The notes beneath the pieces are model-generated. The model saw only the letters and a program-made list of their open reading frames with translations. It was not told where the DNA came from and made no database searches. Positions 10,082 through 20,188 of a stretch of 64,000 nucleotides of DNA are shown here, in pieces. The stretch spans positions 384,001-448,000 of the forward strand of contig OY762926.1 of NCBI GenBank assembly GCA_963666735.1, in the 5' to 3' direction. Position numbers and translations under genes: made by a program. Every line of letters starts with the position of its first letter. The stretch's first letter is position 1. Source of the stretch: Gemmatimonadota bacterium. Lineage in GTDB: Bacteria; Gemmatimonadota; Gemmatimonadetes; Palauibacterales; Palauibacteraceae.

Positions 10082-10861
10082 ATGTCGGACGTACTGAGCC
10101 GCCTCGTGGAGGAACTGGACGCGGGCACGGTTCGGGTGGTGGATCTCACGATCCCCCTCGGTCCCGATACCGTGGTCATCGACCTCCCTCCGATGTTTGC
10201 GCCGTCAAATGGAGTGACGATCGAGCGGATCTCGAGATATGACGACGATGGGCCGGCCTGGTACTGGAACAACCTCACGCTCGGCGAACACACCGGGACG
10301 CACTTCGACGCCCCCATCCACTGGGTGACGGGGAGGGATGTGCCCAACGGCGCGACGGACACGATCCCGCCGCGGAAGTTCGTCGGTCCGGCGTGCGTCA
10401 TCGACGTGGAGGAGGAAGTCGTCGCGGACCCCGACTTCCTCCTCGCTCCGGGGGGACTCGAGGCGTGGGAGGCGGAGCATGGACGCGTGCCCGCGGGCGC
10501 CTGGGTCTTTCTGCGCACCGGGTGGAGCCGAAGGGAAGGGAAGGAGGCGTTTCTCAACGTGTCGGAAGACGGCCCGCACTCGCCGGGCTTTCACTGGGAA
10601 ACCTCGGCCCTGCTGGCCCATGACCGCGCAGTGCTCGGGGTCGGAGTGGAGACGGTCGGAACCGATGCGGGTCAGGCCGGAGGGTTCGATCCGCCGTTCC
10701 CGAACCACGGGATCATGCACGGGGCGGGGAAGTTCGGCCTCGCGAGCCTGTGCAACCTCGACCGGTTGCCCCCTACGGGCGCAGTGGCGATCGCCGCCCC
10801 GCTCAAGATCGTGGACGGGAGCGGGAGCCCGTTGCGCGTGATCGCGCTGGTCCCGGCATAG
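10082..10861 (+). CDS. Cyclase family protein (kynurenine formamidase / isatin hydrolase-like)
   Basis: EHTGTHFDAP motif; GSGSPLRVIA C-terminus; GGAGG RBS. Confidence 0.9.
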   Translation: MSDVLSRLVEELDAGTVRVVDLTIPLGPDTVVIDLPPMFAPSNGVTIERISRYDDDGPAWYWNNLTLGEHTGTHFDAPIHWVTGRDVPNGATDTIPPRKFVGPACVIDVEEEVVADPDFLLAPGGLEAWEAEHGRVPAGAWVFLRTGWSRREGKEAFLNVSEDGPHSPGFHWETSALLAHDRAVLGVGVETVGTDAGQAGGFDPPFPNHGIMHGAGKFGLASLCNLDRLPPTGAVAIAAPLKIVDGSGSPLRVIALVPA

Positions 10862-10883
10862 CGGGCGCGGAGGGGGCGCGGGG

Positions 10884-11714
10884 ATGGACGGCGGCGAGCG
10901 GCAGCGATCCGCCTATCGGAAGATCCTGAGGGCGCTGGACGAGGCCATCTTCTGTCTGGAGCGGGAGCCCCCGGAGGATCCGGATGACCATGATGCGGAA
11001 CAGCAGGGGGTCTTTCGCCTCGGAGAAGCGGGCGGGATCGCCTTTGCCAGCCATTTCGCGGGAACGGGCTCCGGAGCCCTCTTCGACGAGATCTCCGACG
11101 CGGCCGAAGCGGAGGATCTGGATCGGATCCGCCAGATACGGGGCCTGGTCGAATCGAGGCTGCGGTCGGGCGAAGGCGCGACTGCGGGAGAGTCGGGCGA
11201 GGGTGCGCTCGACTGGGATGCCGGCTACCTGCAGCTCCTCGCGGTCCTGAACGAGTCGCGGCGAGCCCGGGAAGAGGGAGACGCGCATCGATACCGGATC
11301 ATGGCGGGTTTCCTCGCCGGCTTCCTGCAGCGGGACGCGAGACCGGGGGAATACGAGCCCGGATCCCTGCGAGACGCGGTCATCGCCGCGTGCAACGAGG
11401 GGTGGGGCGAGACCCTGTGGAGGGAGTGGGAGGCGATTCGGGACGAGTGGCTGGCCGGCGATTCTCCGGGAGCCCCGGAGGACCCGGACCTTCTCCTCAG
11501 GTGGCTCGGTCTGCGGCTGGCCGCCGCCGAGTCGGTGACCGGTTCGCTCGTTTCCAGCCAGGTCGGCGGGGCGCACGACCATCGAAGCGGGGGGGAGCTG
11601 GACGATGGTGCGCGCTTCCTGCGCTGCGAACGCTCGACCCGCCGCGCGCGGAACTTCGGCGCCGGAATCGCGCGCCGCGACATGCACGACGAGATTCCGG
11701 ATCCCGCCATCTGA
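10884..11714 (+). CDS. Hypothetical protein
   Basis: 276-aa acidic ORF in operon orientation with GGAGG upstream; no motif recognised. Confidence 0.5.
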   Translation: MDGGERQRSAYRKILRALDEAIFCLEREPPEDPDDHDAEQQGVFRLGEAGGIAFASHFAGTGSGALFDEISDAAEAEDLDRIRQIRGLVESRLRSGEGATAGESGEGALDWDAGYLQLLAVLNESRRAREEGDAHRYRIMAGFLAGFLQRDARPGEYEPGSLRDAVIAACNEGWGETLWREWEAIRDEWLAGDSPGAPEDPDLLLRWLGLRLAAAESVTGSLVSSQVGGAHDHRSGGELDDGARFLRCERSTRRARNFGAGIARRDMHDEIPDPAI

Positions 11715-11803
11715 GCGATCCCTCCGGCTCTTGTGCCCGGGGCTCGGAGGGAGGACGATGTCGAGTGGGCCGGAGGTCGTACGCGTAACGCGAGGAGTGT
11801 TCA

Positions 11804-12151
11804 GTGGCGGACAACGGAAGCGCAGGCAAGGCCGTCAACGTGGCGTCGATTCTGCTGGCGCTGCTCTTCCTCCTCAACGGAGGGCTAAAGGTGGCCGGGA
11901 TAATGGTCGATCAGTTTGCGCTGTGGGGTTATCCGGCGTGGTTCCAGTACCTGATCGGCGTCATGGAGGTGCTGGCGGGGGTCGGATTCCTGAGGCGTCA
12001 GACGCGGTTTCTCACGTCGGTCGTGGTCATCGTGATCATGGCGGGCGCCATCTACACGCTCCTGAGGGCGGGGACGGCGGCGCAGGCCGCGGTGCCGGCC
12101 GTCGTGCTGGGCCTCGCCCTCTTCGTGGGCAAGAACTCGCGCCGGAGCTAG
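11804..12151 (+). CDS. DoxX family membrane protein
   Basis: Four TM helices; F..WGYPAWF.YLIG.MEV pattern; GAGGAG RBS. Confidence 0.8.
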   Translation: MADNGSAGKAVNVASILLALLFLLNGGLKVAGIMVDQFALWGYPAWFQYLIGVMEVLAGVGFLRRQTRFLTSVVVIVIMAGAIYTLLRAGTAAQAAVPAVVLGLALFVGKNSRRS

Positions 12152-12287
12152 CAGCCCGCGGAAGACCCCTGCGCCGGGCTGTACGTGGACCCGCAACGGT
12201 GCCGGCCGGACCGCCGCCGGCGCTTCACGAGGCCCGGCCGCCTGGGCGCGGTGTTCCCGGTTCCCCTTCGTGCGTGGGGCCGTTCGA

Positions 12288-13622
12288 TCAGTCGCCTTCG
12301 GCGGTCTCCAGCAGCCGGTCGCCCACGAGACGGACCACGCGGATGCGCTGAATGTCGAGTTCGTCGCGGTCGATGTAGGCCAGCAGGCCATCCGGGCCGA
12401 ACGCGGCCGGGATGCGGAGCCCATCGGAGGGGATGGTCCCGAAATACTGCCCATCGGCGGTCAGGATGTCCGTCGGCCCGGGTTCGCCCATCAGCGCGGA
12501 GCGCTGGACCCAGATGCGGTCGCTCCAGTCCACGGCGAGTCGTGAAATGACCGGAACCTCCTCCGGGAAGACCATGTTTTGGATCTGATTTTCAGCCATC
12601 CGATTCAATTCCTCCTGGTCGGGAACGCCGAGCGATCCAGGGTTGGCCGCCCCCGCGGCCGACGCGGCGCGCGTCATCATCAGCGTGAAACCGCCGCCCC
12701 CTCCACCGGCACCCCCGCCCGCGCCCCCGCCTTCTCCCAGCGCGGCGAGCCGCCGTTCGCGTTCCTCGTCCCGGACTTCGTCGGTGACCGTGATGGGCGC
12801 GATCGGCCGTGCGAGCGTCCCCATCACCTGGCCGGAGGGGTCGAGAAGCTTGATCCGATAACCGATCGAGTCCGCGAGTGCGACGCGGCCATCCCGCAGT
12901 ACGCCGAGACTCAGGGGAAGGGGGAAGGCTTCCATCGCGGACATGATCATTCGAACGTTGCCGGCCTGTGTCTCCGTTTCCTCGCCCGGCGGCAGCGCCC
13001 AGGCCATGTGGAATTCCTCCAGCGTTCCGTCGAGCCGGAACCGGCCGATGGACCGGCCTTCGGGCTCTTCTTCCTCTTCCCCTCCCATGAGCGTGGCGAA
13101 CGATGGCGCGCTGAACTGCTCGGCGACGAGGGTCCGGTCGGGCATGGCGTGGATGGCGGCACCGGGCATCCCGGTCTGAAACGTGAATTCGGCGTCCTGG
13201 AGGAATTGGCCTTCGCGATTGAAGAGGTGAATGCCTCTCCTGTCATGTACGGCGATGCCTCCATCGGCGAATACCGCCAGACTACGCGCCCCGTTGAGTT
13301 CCCCGGGGCCCTCGCCCTGGTTGGAAATCGTGCGGACGAACTGGCCGGCCGGATCGAGGACGACGACATGCCCGGCGTCGTTGTCGAGGATGTAGAGCGA
13401 GCCGTCTTCGCCGAAAGCGACGCCCCTCACGTTGCCGAACATCTCCCAGTCCGCACCATCGAGCACGCCGACCGCATACAGATCCTCCGCGGCGGGTTCG
13501 AGGGGGATGTCGGGGCTGTCGAGCCCGGCCGTGGCCGTTCCGGCATCGCCACCGCAACCGAGGACCGCAAGCGGAAGGGAAAGGAGGACGATTTGAGGCG
13601 TTGGGATGGGAACCTTGCGCAT
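12288..13622 (-). CDS. 6-bladed beta-propeller (NHL-like) lipoprotein
   Basis: Lipobox VLGC; FG.V..VAF..DG.LYILD and GEGPGEL motifs. Confidence 0.75.
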   Translation of the reverse strand: MRKVPIPTPQIVLLSLPLAVLGCGGDAGTATAGLDSPDIPLEPAAEDLYAVGVLDGADWEMFGNVRGVAFGEDGSLYILDNDAGHVVVLDPAGQFVRTISNQGEGPGELNGARSLAVFADGGIAVHDRRGIHLFNREGQFLQDAEFTFQTGMPGAAIHAMPDRTLVAEQFSAPSFATLMGGEEEEEPEGRSIGRFRLDGTLEEFHMAWALPPGEETETQAGNVRMIMSAMEAFPLPLSLGVLRDGRVALADSIGYRIKLLDPSGQVMGTLARPIAPITVTDEVRDEERERRLAALGEGGGAGGGAGGGGGGFTLMMTRAASAAGAANPGSLGVPDQEELNRMAENQIQNMVFPEEVPVISRLAVDWSDRIWVQRSALMGEPGPTDILTADGQYFGTIPSDGLRIPAAFGPDGLLAYIDRDELDIQRIRVVRLVGDRLLETAEGD

Positions 13623-13824
13623 GGGTCTTACCTCGGGGTTCGGGGCGCGTTCAGCGTGCGTCTTGAATCTGTTGGCGGTCACGACGGCGAATCCGGGGAC
13701 GGGCCGGACACCGGCTGTGACAGCGGAGGCCGGAGCAACGGTTGCCCGCCGCGGGAATCAAGGGGTGCCCTCCGGCAGTTCGCCCGCCGCGAGCCGGGCC
13801 ACGCGGACGTGCTGGACGCCGAGT

Positions 13825-16800
13825 TCAGGTTGCGGTCAGCCGCCGCACCAGCGCCTGCAGCCATTCGCTCACCTCCCGGACCTCCTCCCGGAGCGTCTCG
13901 TGTCGTTCGTAGGCGTCTGCGCCCGGCGCCTGGTCGGCCCGCCCGGTCATGCCGGCGAGATAGTTGAGCTGGCTCAGGAGCATGGGGCGCGGATAGCTGC
14001 CCTCCGCGTCGTTCACGCGGGCATCGAGTCGGGCCAGTTCCGCGGCGAGCTCGTCGAGCGTCTCGTTGCGGCCGCCGCCGATGCCGGCGCGCGCTTCCGC
14101 GATTTGCTCGCGCAGATCGTCGATGCCGTCCGCGACCTCACGGGCCTCCGCCCGCGTCTCCCGCACGGCGAGGTTGAAGCGGTACTGCTCTTCGAGGTCC
14201 GCGATGGTCACGCCCTCCGCCGCCACCCGCGGGTCGATCCGCAGTTCGAGCCCGGTCTCGGCCGTCACGTCGCCCGCCGAGAGGCGAACCGTGTAGTTCC
14301 CCGGCGGTACGATCGGCCCGCCGCGGCCCGAGCCCTGCGACCGCAGGTCCCAACGCAGCCGGTGCATGCCCGGCGCCGACGAAACGCCCCGCACCGGACC
14401 GCCGCCGCGGGGGGCTATGCGCTGCATCGCCGCCCCCCCCGCCCGGGCCGCGCCGCCGTCCCCGCCGCCGGCGTAGGAGCGGATCACCTCGCCGCCGGCG
14501 TCGAGGATCTCGATTCGCACCGTCTCGCCGGGGCCGAGATCCGGCGAGATCCAGTAGCTGATGTCGGCGCCCGCTCCCGGGTAGTCCGGCCGGGCCGTAT
14601 TCGAAGCCCATTCGAAGCCCGAGTTCCGTCCGGGCCGGGTGCGGTACTGCGGCCGCCCCTCGAACAAGTGCGCCCCGTCTCCCGCCGCCACCGATCCGTC
14701 CGCGCCGATCTCGTGCAGCGGGGTGAGGTCATCCAGCACCCAGAACCCCCGGCCCATGGTCGAGAGCGCCAGGTCCTGCCGGTACACCTCGATGTCCGTC
14801 ACGGGCGTCACCGGCAGGTCGAGCTGGAACGGCTGCCACGTCGCTCCGTCGTCGAAGGAGATGAAGAGCCCGAACTCCGTCCCCGCGTACAGCAGGCCCG
14901 CGCGGTCCGGATCCTCGCGCACGACCCGCACGGGCACGTCCGCCGGGATCCCGTTCGTCCCATCGGTGAGAAGCGTCCACGTCTCCCCCGCGTCGTCCGT
15001 CCGGTAGACGTAGGGGCTGAAGTCGCCGAGCAGGAAGCGGTACCCGGCCACGTACACCCTGTCCGGATCGTGCCGGGAGATGTCGATGGAGTTGATGCGG
15101 CCCTCGGGCGGCATGTCCGGGGGCGTCACATTCTCCCAGGACGCCGCGCCGTCCAGCGTCACGTACACGGGGCCATCGTTCGCCCCGGTCCAGATCACGT
15201 CCGTGTCGTGCGGCGAGGCCTCGATCACATAGAGCGTGGAATAGTGCTCCTCTCCCGTCGCGTCGCGCGTGATCGGCCCGCCCGACACCATCTGCCGCTC
15301 CGGGCGGAACGCGGTCAGGTCCGGCGAGATCCGCTCCCACGTGCGGCCTCCATCGCGGGTGCGGTGCACGTACTGCGAGCCGTGATAGACGAGGTTCGGG
15401 TCGTGCGGCGACACCTCGATGGGCACGACGCGCTGGAAGCGGTAGGGGAGGTTGGCGGGGTTCGTGCCGTACATGTTCACCGCGCCGACGTAGTACTGCT
15501 GCTCCTGCCCGGTGCGCTGGTTGTAGACCCCGAAACGCCCCTTGCAGTTCGCGTACACGATGTCCGGGTCGCCCGGCTTCGGCACGGCGGGTCCCGTCTC
15601 GCACCCGCCCGGCGAGCGCCAGTACGCGTCGGGGCCGCCCGGCGCCGAGAGCGAAGGCTGCCGACTCGGCACCGCGACCGTATACGCGTCATCCTGCTGC
15701 CCCGCGTAGAGCCAGTAGGGGAAGCGGTCGTCCACATCGACCTGGTACAGTTCCGCGGTGGGCTGGTTGTTGACCGGCGACCACGTCTGCCCCCCATCCA
15801 GCGTCACGACCCCGCCTCCGTCGCTCCCGTGCACCATGATCCGCGGGTCGTCCGGGTTGATCCACAGGTCATGGTCGTCCCCGTGCACGTTCGGGATCGT
15901 CCGGAAGGTCTCGCCCCCGTCCGTCGACTTCCAGGTGGCCAGGTTCAGGACATAGACGACGTTGCCGTCCGTCGGATCCGCAGTGATGTTCGTGAAGTAG
16001 AAGGGCCGGTGCATGAGCTGGTTCCGCGGGTCGTCGTTGATCAGCTCCCACGTCTCCCCGGCGTCGTCCGACCGGTACAGGCCCTCGATCGGTTCGGGCG
16101 CCTCCACGAGCGCGTAGACGCGGTCGGGCATGTCCGCCGAGACGGAGAAATCCACCTTTCCGATGAGTCCGTCCGGGAGCCCCGCCGTGATGCGCCGCCA
16201 CGTGTCGCCCCCGTCCGTCGTCTTCCAGATGCCGTCCTCGTCGCTCGCCCCGGAGATGATCGACCACGGATGACGCTGCGCCCGCCACATCCCGGCATAG
16301 ATGACGTCCGGGTCCGCCGGATGAAACTCGAGATCCACCGCGCCGACGGAGTCCGACGTGAAGAGGATGCGCTCCCAGTCGAGACCGCCGTTCGACGAGC
16401 GATAGACGCCCCGCGTCTCATTGTTGATGAACGGGTTTCCCATCGCCGCCGCATAGACGAGATCCGGGTTGTCCGGGTGAGCCTTAACGGACGCGATTTG
16501 GCCCGCATCCTCCAGTCCGGCGTGTTCCCACGTCTCCCCGGCGTCCGTCGACTTATGGATGCCCCTTCCGATGATGATATTCGAGCGGATGCCGTCCGAG
16601 CCCGTTCCCACATAGAGGATATTCGGATCCGAGTCCGCCGCTTCGATATGGCCGATGGAGGGAGACCGAAAATACCCATCGGAGATATTCTCCCATGTCA
16701 TCCCGTAGTTCGTCGTCTTCCACACGCCGCCGCCGGTCGCCCCCTGGTAGAACGTGTGGGGATGGGAGCGGTGGCCCTCGACCGCCGTGACGCGACCGCC

Positions 16801-17004
16801 GCGCGAGGGACCGACGAAGCGGAAGGAGAGGCCGCCGAAGAGACTCGGGTCGACCGTCTCCGCGGCCGGGGGCGGGTTTCGGACGCCGGCCGGAAGTTCA
16901 CCCATGCGCGCGCCGTCCTGTGCGGCGAGGGGCCACGCGAGGGCGGCGGCGACCAGAGGCATGAGGACGGTTCGCGTTCCGGGAATCGGGGTGGGGAATT
17001 GCAT
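13825..17004 (-). CDS. Secreted VPS10/sortilin-like BNR-repeat glycosyl hydrolase
   Basis: GPSRGGRVTAV start; many S/T.D.G.TW Asp-box repeats. Confidence 0.85.
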   Translation of the reverse strand: MQFPTPIPGTRTVLMPLVAAALAWPLAAQDGARMGELPAGVRNPPPAAETVDPSLFGGLSFRFVGPSRGGRVTAVEGHRSHPHTFYQGATGGGVWKTTNYGMTWENISDGYFRSPSIGHIEAADSDPNILYVGTGSDGIRSNIIIGRGIHKSTDAGETWEHAGLEDAGQIASVKAHPDNPDLVYAAAMGNPFINNETRGVYRSSNGGLDWERILFTSDSVGAVDLEFHPADPDVIYAGMWRAQRHPWSIISGASDEDGIWKTTDGGDTWRRITAGLPDGLIGKVDFSVSADMPDRVYALVEAPEPIEGLYRSDDAGETWELINDDPRNQLMHRPFYFTNITADPTDGNVVYVLNLATWKSTDGGETFRTIPNVHGDDHDLWINPDDPRIMVHGSDGGGVVTLDGGQTWSPVNNQPTAELYQVDVDDRFPYWLYAGQQDDAYTVAVPSRQPSLSAPGGPDAYWRSPGGCETGPAVPKPGDPDIVYANCKGRFGVYNQRTGQEQQYYVGAVNMYGTNPANLPYRFQRVVPIEVSPHDPNLVYHGSQYVHRTRDGGRTWERISPDLTAFRPERQMVSGGPITRDATGEEHYSTLYVIEASPHDTDVIWTGANDGPVYVTLDGAASWENVTPPDMPPEGRINSIDISRHDPDRVYVAGYRFLLGDFSPYVYRTDDAGETWTLLTDGTNGIPADVPVRVVREDPDRAGLLYAGTEFGLFISFDDGATWQPFQLDLPVTPVTDIEVYRQDLALSTMGRGFWVLDDLTPLHEIGADGSVAAGDGAHLFEGRPQYRTRPGRNSGFEWASNTARPDYPGAGADISYWISPDLGPGETVRIEILDAGGEVIRSYAGGGDGGAARAGGAAMQRIAPRGGGPVRGVSSAPGMHRLRWDLRSQGSGRGGPIVPPGNYTVRLSAGDVTAETGLELRIDPRVAAEGVTIADLEEQYRFNLAVRETRAEAREVADGIDDLREQIAEARAGIGGGRNETLDELAAELARLDARVNDAEGSYPRPMLLSQLNYLAGMTGRADQAPGADAYERHETLREEVREVSEWLQALVRRLTAT

Positions 17005-17017
17005 GTCTACTCCTGAG

Positions 17018-18694
17018 TTATCGCGTCTTGACGAGCGCTTCGCCGGCGAGCGCGTCCGTGAAGCGGCCCTCGTCGATCGCGAGCGTGCCGTTGACGAGGG
17101 AGTACTCGACCCCCTCGGCGAGACCGTGCGGGTCGTCGTACTCGGCGGTGTCGCGGAACCGCTCGAGGTCCACGACGATCACGTCGGCGACTGCGCCCGC
17201 CTCGAGCACGCCGCGACCTTCGATCCCGTACACGCGGGCCGGGAGCGCCGTCATCGCGTGAATCGCCTGTTCGAGCGTGGTGACGCCCTCCTCCATCACG
17301 TACTTGCGGATCCGCCGCGGGAAGGCGCCGAAGCCGCGCGGGTGCGGGTGTCCTTCGCCCGGCACCCAGAGAGAGCCGTCGGAAGACGTCATCATCCACG
17401 GCTGCGTCATGAAGCGCTCGATGTCCTCGTCGTTCATGTTGAAGGAGGTGAGGCCGGTGCCGCCGCCTCCTCCCTCACGCGCCTCCACGAGCAGGGCGAG
17501 CGCGGTTTCGATTGCGTCCATCCCGCGCTCCTCCGCGACATCGGTCAGCGTCCGGCCCCCGTGCGGACCGCCCTGGAGCATGAGCCGGTCGGCGCCGCCG
17601 CGACGGTCGAGGTTCTCCCACATGTCCGCCACGAGCCGCGTGCGTTCCTCCGCAGTCTCCATGCGCGCGTACAGGGCGCCATCGTCGCCGGCGAGCGCCC
17701 AGCGCGGAACCAGCGCCCCGACGATGCTCGTGCCGGAGGCCTCGTAGGGATACTGGTCCGCGTAGACCGCGAGACCTTCCGCCCGCGCGGCCTCGATGCG
17801 GCGCACGACCTCGGCGGACTCGCCCCAGACGCGGGGGCCGAGCGCCTTGATGTGCGTGACGACGCCGGTGATGCCGGAGCTCCGCGAGATCTCGATGACC
17901 TCGTCCACGGCCCCGAGCAGGCCGATCGAATAGTCCGACTCGTCGCGGATGTGGCTCTGGTACACGCCTCCGAACCCTGCGGCGACCTTCGCGAGCTCGA
18001 CGACCTCGCCGGTGGGGGCGTACGACCCCGGAGAGTAGTAGAGGCCGGAGGAGAGCCCGAAGGCGCCTCCGTCCATTCCGTCGCGCACGATGGTCCGCAT
18101 GCGGTCGAGTTCCTCGGGCGTGGCCTCGCGCGCCTGCATGCCGAGGACCGCGCGGCGCACGCTGCCGTGCCCGACGAGCTGCCCGACGTTCACTCCGATG
18201 CCGGGGTCCCGGAGCCGCGCCCGCTGGTCGGCGAGGTCGACCGTGCCGCCGCCATCGGGGTTCGCGAAGATCGTCGTGATCCCCTGTGCGAGGAGTGGGT
18301 GCGCCGTCCGCAGTGCGCCGCGCAACAGCGCCGGCATGGCGTGGGAATGCGTGTCGATGAAGCCCGGGAAGATGTGCAGGCCGTTCGCGTCGATGACCCG
18401 GTCGGCGGTTGCGCCGCCCAGGTCTCCCACGGCCGCGATCCGCCCGCCGTCGATCGCGAGGTCTCCGGAGCGGGCCGCGCTCCCGGATCCGTCGACGAGC
18501 ATGCCGCCCCGGATGATCACGTCGTAGCTCTGCGCGTCGGCGGGTCGGGCGGTCCAACCGCCGCCGGTGAGGAGCGCCGCCGCAGCGATGAGAGTTGTGG
18601 CAGCCCGCGGCGCTGGCGCGGGGTGTTGCCGCGGGCTGCGGAGCGCCCGGGCGGCGTGGCGGGGTGCAGTCGAAAAAAGCATGTTGTAGGTCAT
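17018..18694 (-). CDS. N-acyl-D-amino-acid deacylase family amidohydrolase (start uncertain)
   Basis: PGFIDTHSH, GLSSGLYY, SHIRDE, HPRGFGAFPR motifs. Confidence 0.85.
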   Translation of the reverse strand: MTYNMLFSTAPRHAARALRSPRQHPAPAPRAATTLIAAAALLTGGGWTARPADAQSYDVIIRGGMLVDGSGSAARSGDLAIDGGRIAAVGDLGGATADRVIDANGLHIFPGFIDTHSHAMPALLRGALRTAHPLLAQGITTIFANPDGGGTVDLADQRARLRDPGIGVNVGQLVGHGSVRRAVLGMQAREATPEELDRMRTIVRDGMDGGAFGLSSGLYYSPGSYAPTGEVVELAKVAAGFGGVYQSHIRDESDYSIGLLGAVDEVIEISRSSGITGVVTHIKALGPRVWGESAEVVRRIEAARAEGLAVYADQYPYEASGTSIVGALVPRWALAGDDGALYARMETAEERTRLVADMWENLDRRGGADRLMLQGGPHGGRTLTDVAEERGMDAIETALALLVEAREGGGGGTGLTSFNMNDEDIERFMTQPWMMTSSDGSLWVPGEGHPHPRGFGAFPRRIRKYVMEEGVTTLEQAIHAMTALPARVYGIEGRGVLEAGAVADVIVVDLERFRDTAEYDDPHGLAEGVEYSLVNGTLAIDEGRFTDALAGEALVKTR

Positions 18695-18768
18695 GCGGTC
18701 GAATCTGTCGGCCCGGATGGGAACCGCACAAGCAAAAGCGTACGCAGGCAAGCTCATCGGAGGCACTC

Positions 18769-20166
18769 ATGCGCCGGAATCGACTTCCGCTTTCGTCCCT
18801 CACGCTCGCCGGGATCGCGGCCGGCCTCGCCGTCGGGGCCGGGACCGCCCTCGCCACGCCGACATCGCTCGAGGCGCAGGCGTTCGAGGATGCGCGCGGG
18901 AACGTGTCCATCGCCCTCGCCGGCGACGCGATCATCTCCCGGAAGATGTCCCCGTACCGGGAGCCCGAATTCCTTGCGCTGCGGGACATCATCCAGAGCG
19001 CGACGACCGCGTTCGTGAACCTCGAGATCCTCTTCCACGACTATGAGGACGACGTGATCCCGGCGGCGGCCAGCGGCGGCACCTACATGCGGGCGGAGCC
19101 CGAAATCGCGCAGGAACTCGCCTGGTTCGGCTTCGACATGGTGAGCCTGGCGAACAACCACACGATGGACTTCGGGGCCGGCGGGGCCCGGCGCACGGTG
19201 GCGGCGGCCGAGGCGGCGGGACTCGCCGTCGCCGGCTTCGGCGAAAATCTCGCGCGTGCGCGGGCCCCGGCCTACGTGGACACGCCCGGCGGCCGGGTCG
19301 CGCTGATCTCGATCGCCTCGACCTTCAACGACGCGATGCGGGCCGGCCATCAGCGGCCGGACATAAGGGGTCGTCCGGGGCTGAGCCCGATCCGCTACGA
19401 GCGCCGCGTGACGGTGACGGCCGAGCAGATGGCGGGTCTTCGCGAGGCCCTCGCCGTCGCGGGCCGCGGCGGCGGCTCCGGCTCCCGGGTGAACTTCGGC
19501 GGCATCACGTTCATGGAGGGATCCAGGCCGGGCGTGAAGACGGTGCCGCACGCCGGGGATCTGGCCGAGATCATCGAGGTCGTGAAGGAGGCGCAACGCC
19601 AAGCCGAGTGGGTCATCGTGACGAGCCACACGCACGAGGGCGCCGACCGCCGCGAGGTGCCGGCGGACTTCATCGTGGACGTCGCGCGGGCGGCCGTCGA
19701 CGCGGGCGCGGACATGTTCGTGGGCCACGGCCCCCACATCCTGCGCGCGATCGAGATGTACCAGGGCAAACCGATCTTCTACTCGCTGGCGAACTTCGCC
19801 ATGCAGAACGAGACGATCGAGTTCCAGCCGCAGGACAACTACGAAGCCCAGGGACTGGGGTACGAGGACCTGCCGGGCAGGTTCCAGGACGTGCGGATCG
19901 AGCGGGCCGGCGCGTCCTCCTTCCCGGCGGGGAAGGGGTTCTGGGAGAGCGTCGTCCCCGTCGTCGAGTACGAGGGCGGGATGCTGAAGGAGATCCAGCT
20001 CCACCCGATCACGATGGGCTGGCAGCTGCCGCGGCCGGTACGCGGGCGCCCGATGATGGCGGACGACGCGCACGGACAGGAGATCCTCGAGGGTCTGGCG
20101 AAACTCTCCGCCGAGTTCGGGACGACGATGACGATCGAGGACGGCGTCGGCGTCATCCGGCCCTGA
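18769..20166 (+). CDS. CapA (poly-gamma-glutamate synthesis-related) metallophosphatase family
   Basis: LAGD, VNLE, SLANNHTMD, HTHE, GHGPH, YSLANF motifs; GGAGG RBS. Confidence 0.85.
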   Translation: MRRNRLPLSSLTLAGIAAGLAVGAGTALATPTSLEAQAFEDARGNVSIALAGDAIISRKMSPYREPEFLALRDIIQSATTAFVNLEILFHDYEDDVIPAAASGGTYMRAEPEIAQELAWFGFDMVSLANNHTMDFGAGGARRTVAAAEAAGLAVAGFGENLARARAPAYVDTPGGRVALISIASTFNDAMRAGHQRPDIRGRPGLSPIRYERRVTVTAEQMAGLREALAVAGRGGGSGSRVNFGGITFMEGSRPGVKTVPHAGDLAEIIEVVKEAQRQAEWVIVTSHTHEGADRREVPADFIVDVARAAVDAGADMFVGHGPHILRAIEMYQGKPIFYSLANFAMQNETIEFQPQDNYEAQGLGYEDLPGRFQDVRIERAGASSFPAGKGFWESVVPVVEYEGGMLKEIQLHPITMGWQLPRPVRGRPMMADDAHGQEILEGLAKLSAEFGTTMTIEDGVGVIRP

Positions 20167-20188
20167 CGCGGGGTTTTTTCGGGGCCTG

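Noticed and set aside
13606..19018. Very long plus-strand ORFs (1136 aa, 754 aa) and many similar Arg/Pro/Gly-rich ORFs throughout the track
   Set aside because: Antisense or off-frame shadows of real genes, caused by stop-codon scarcity in high-GC DNA; no motifs
20161..20180. Possible rho-independent terminator after the CapA gene
   Set aside because: A T-tract is present but the stem is only about 3-4 bp
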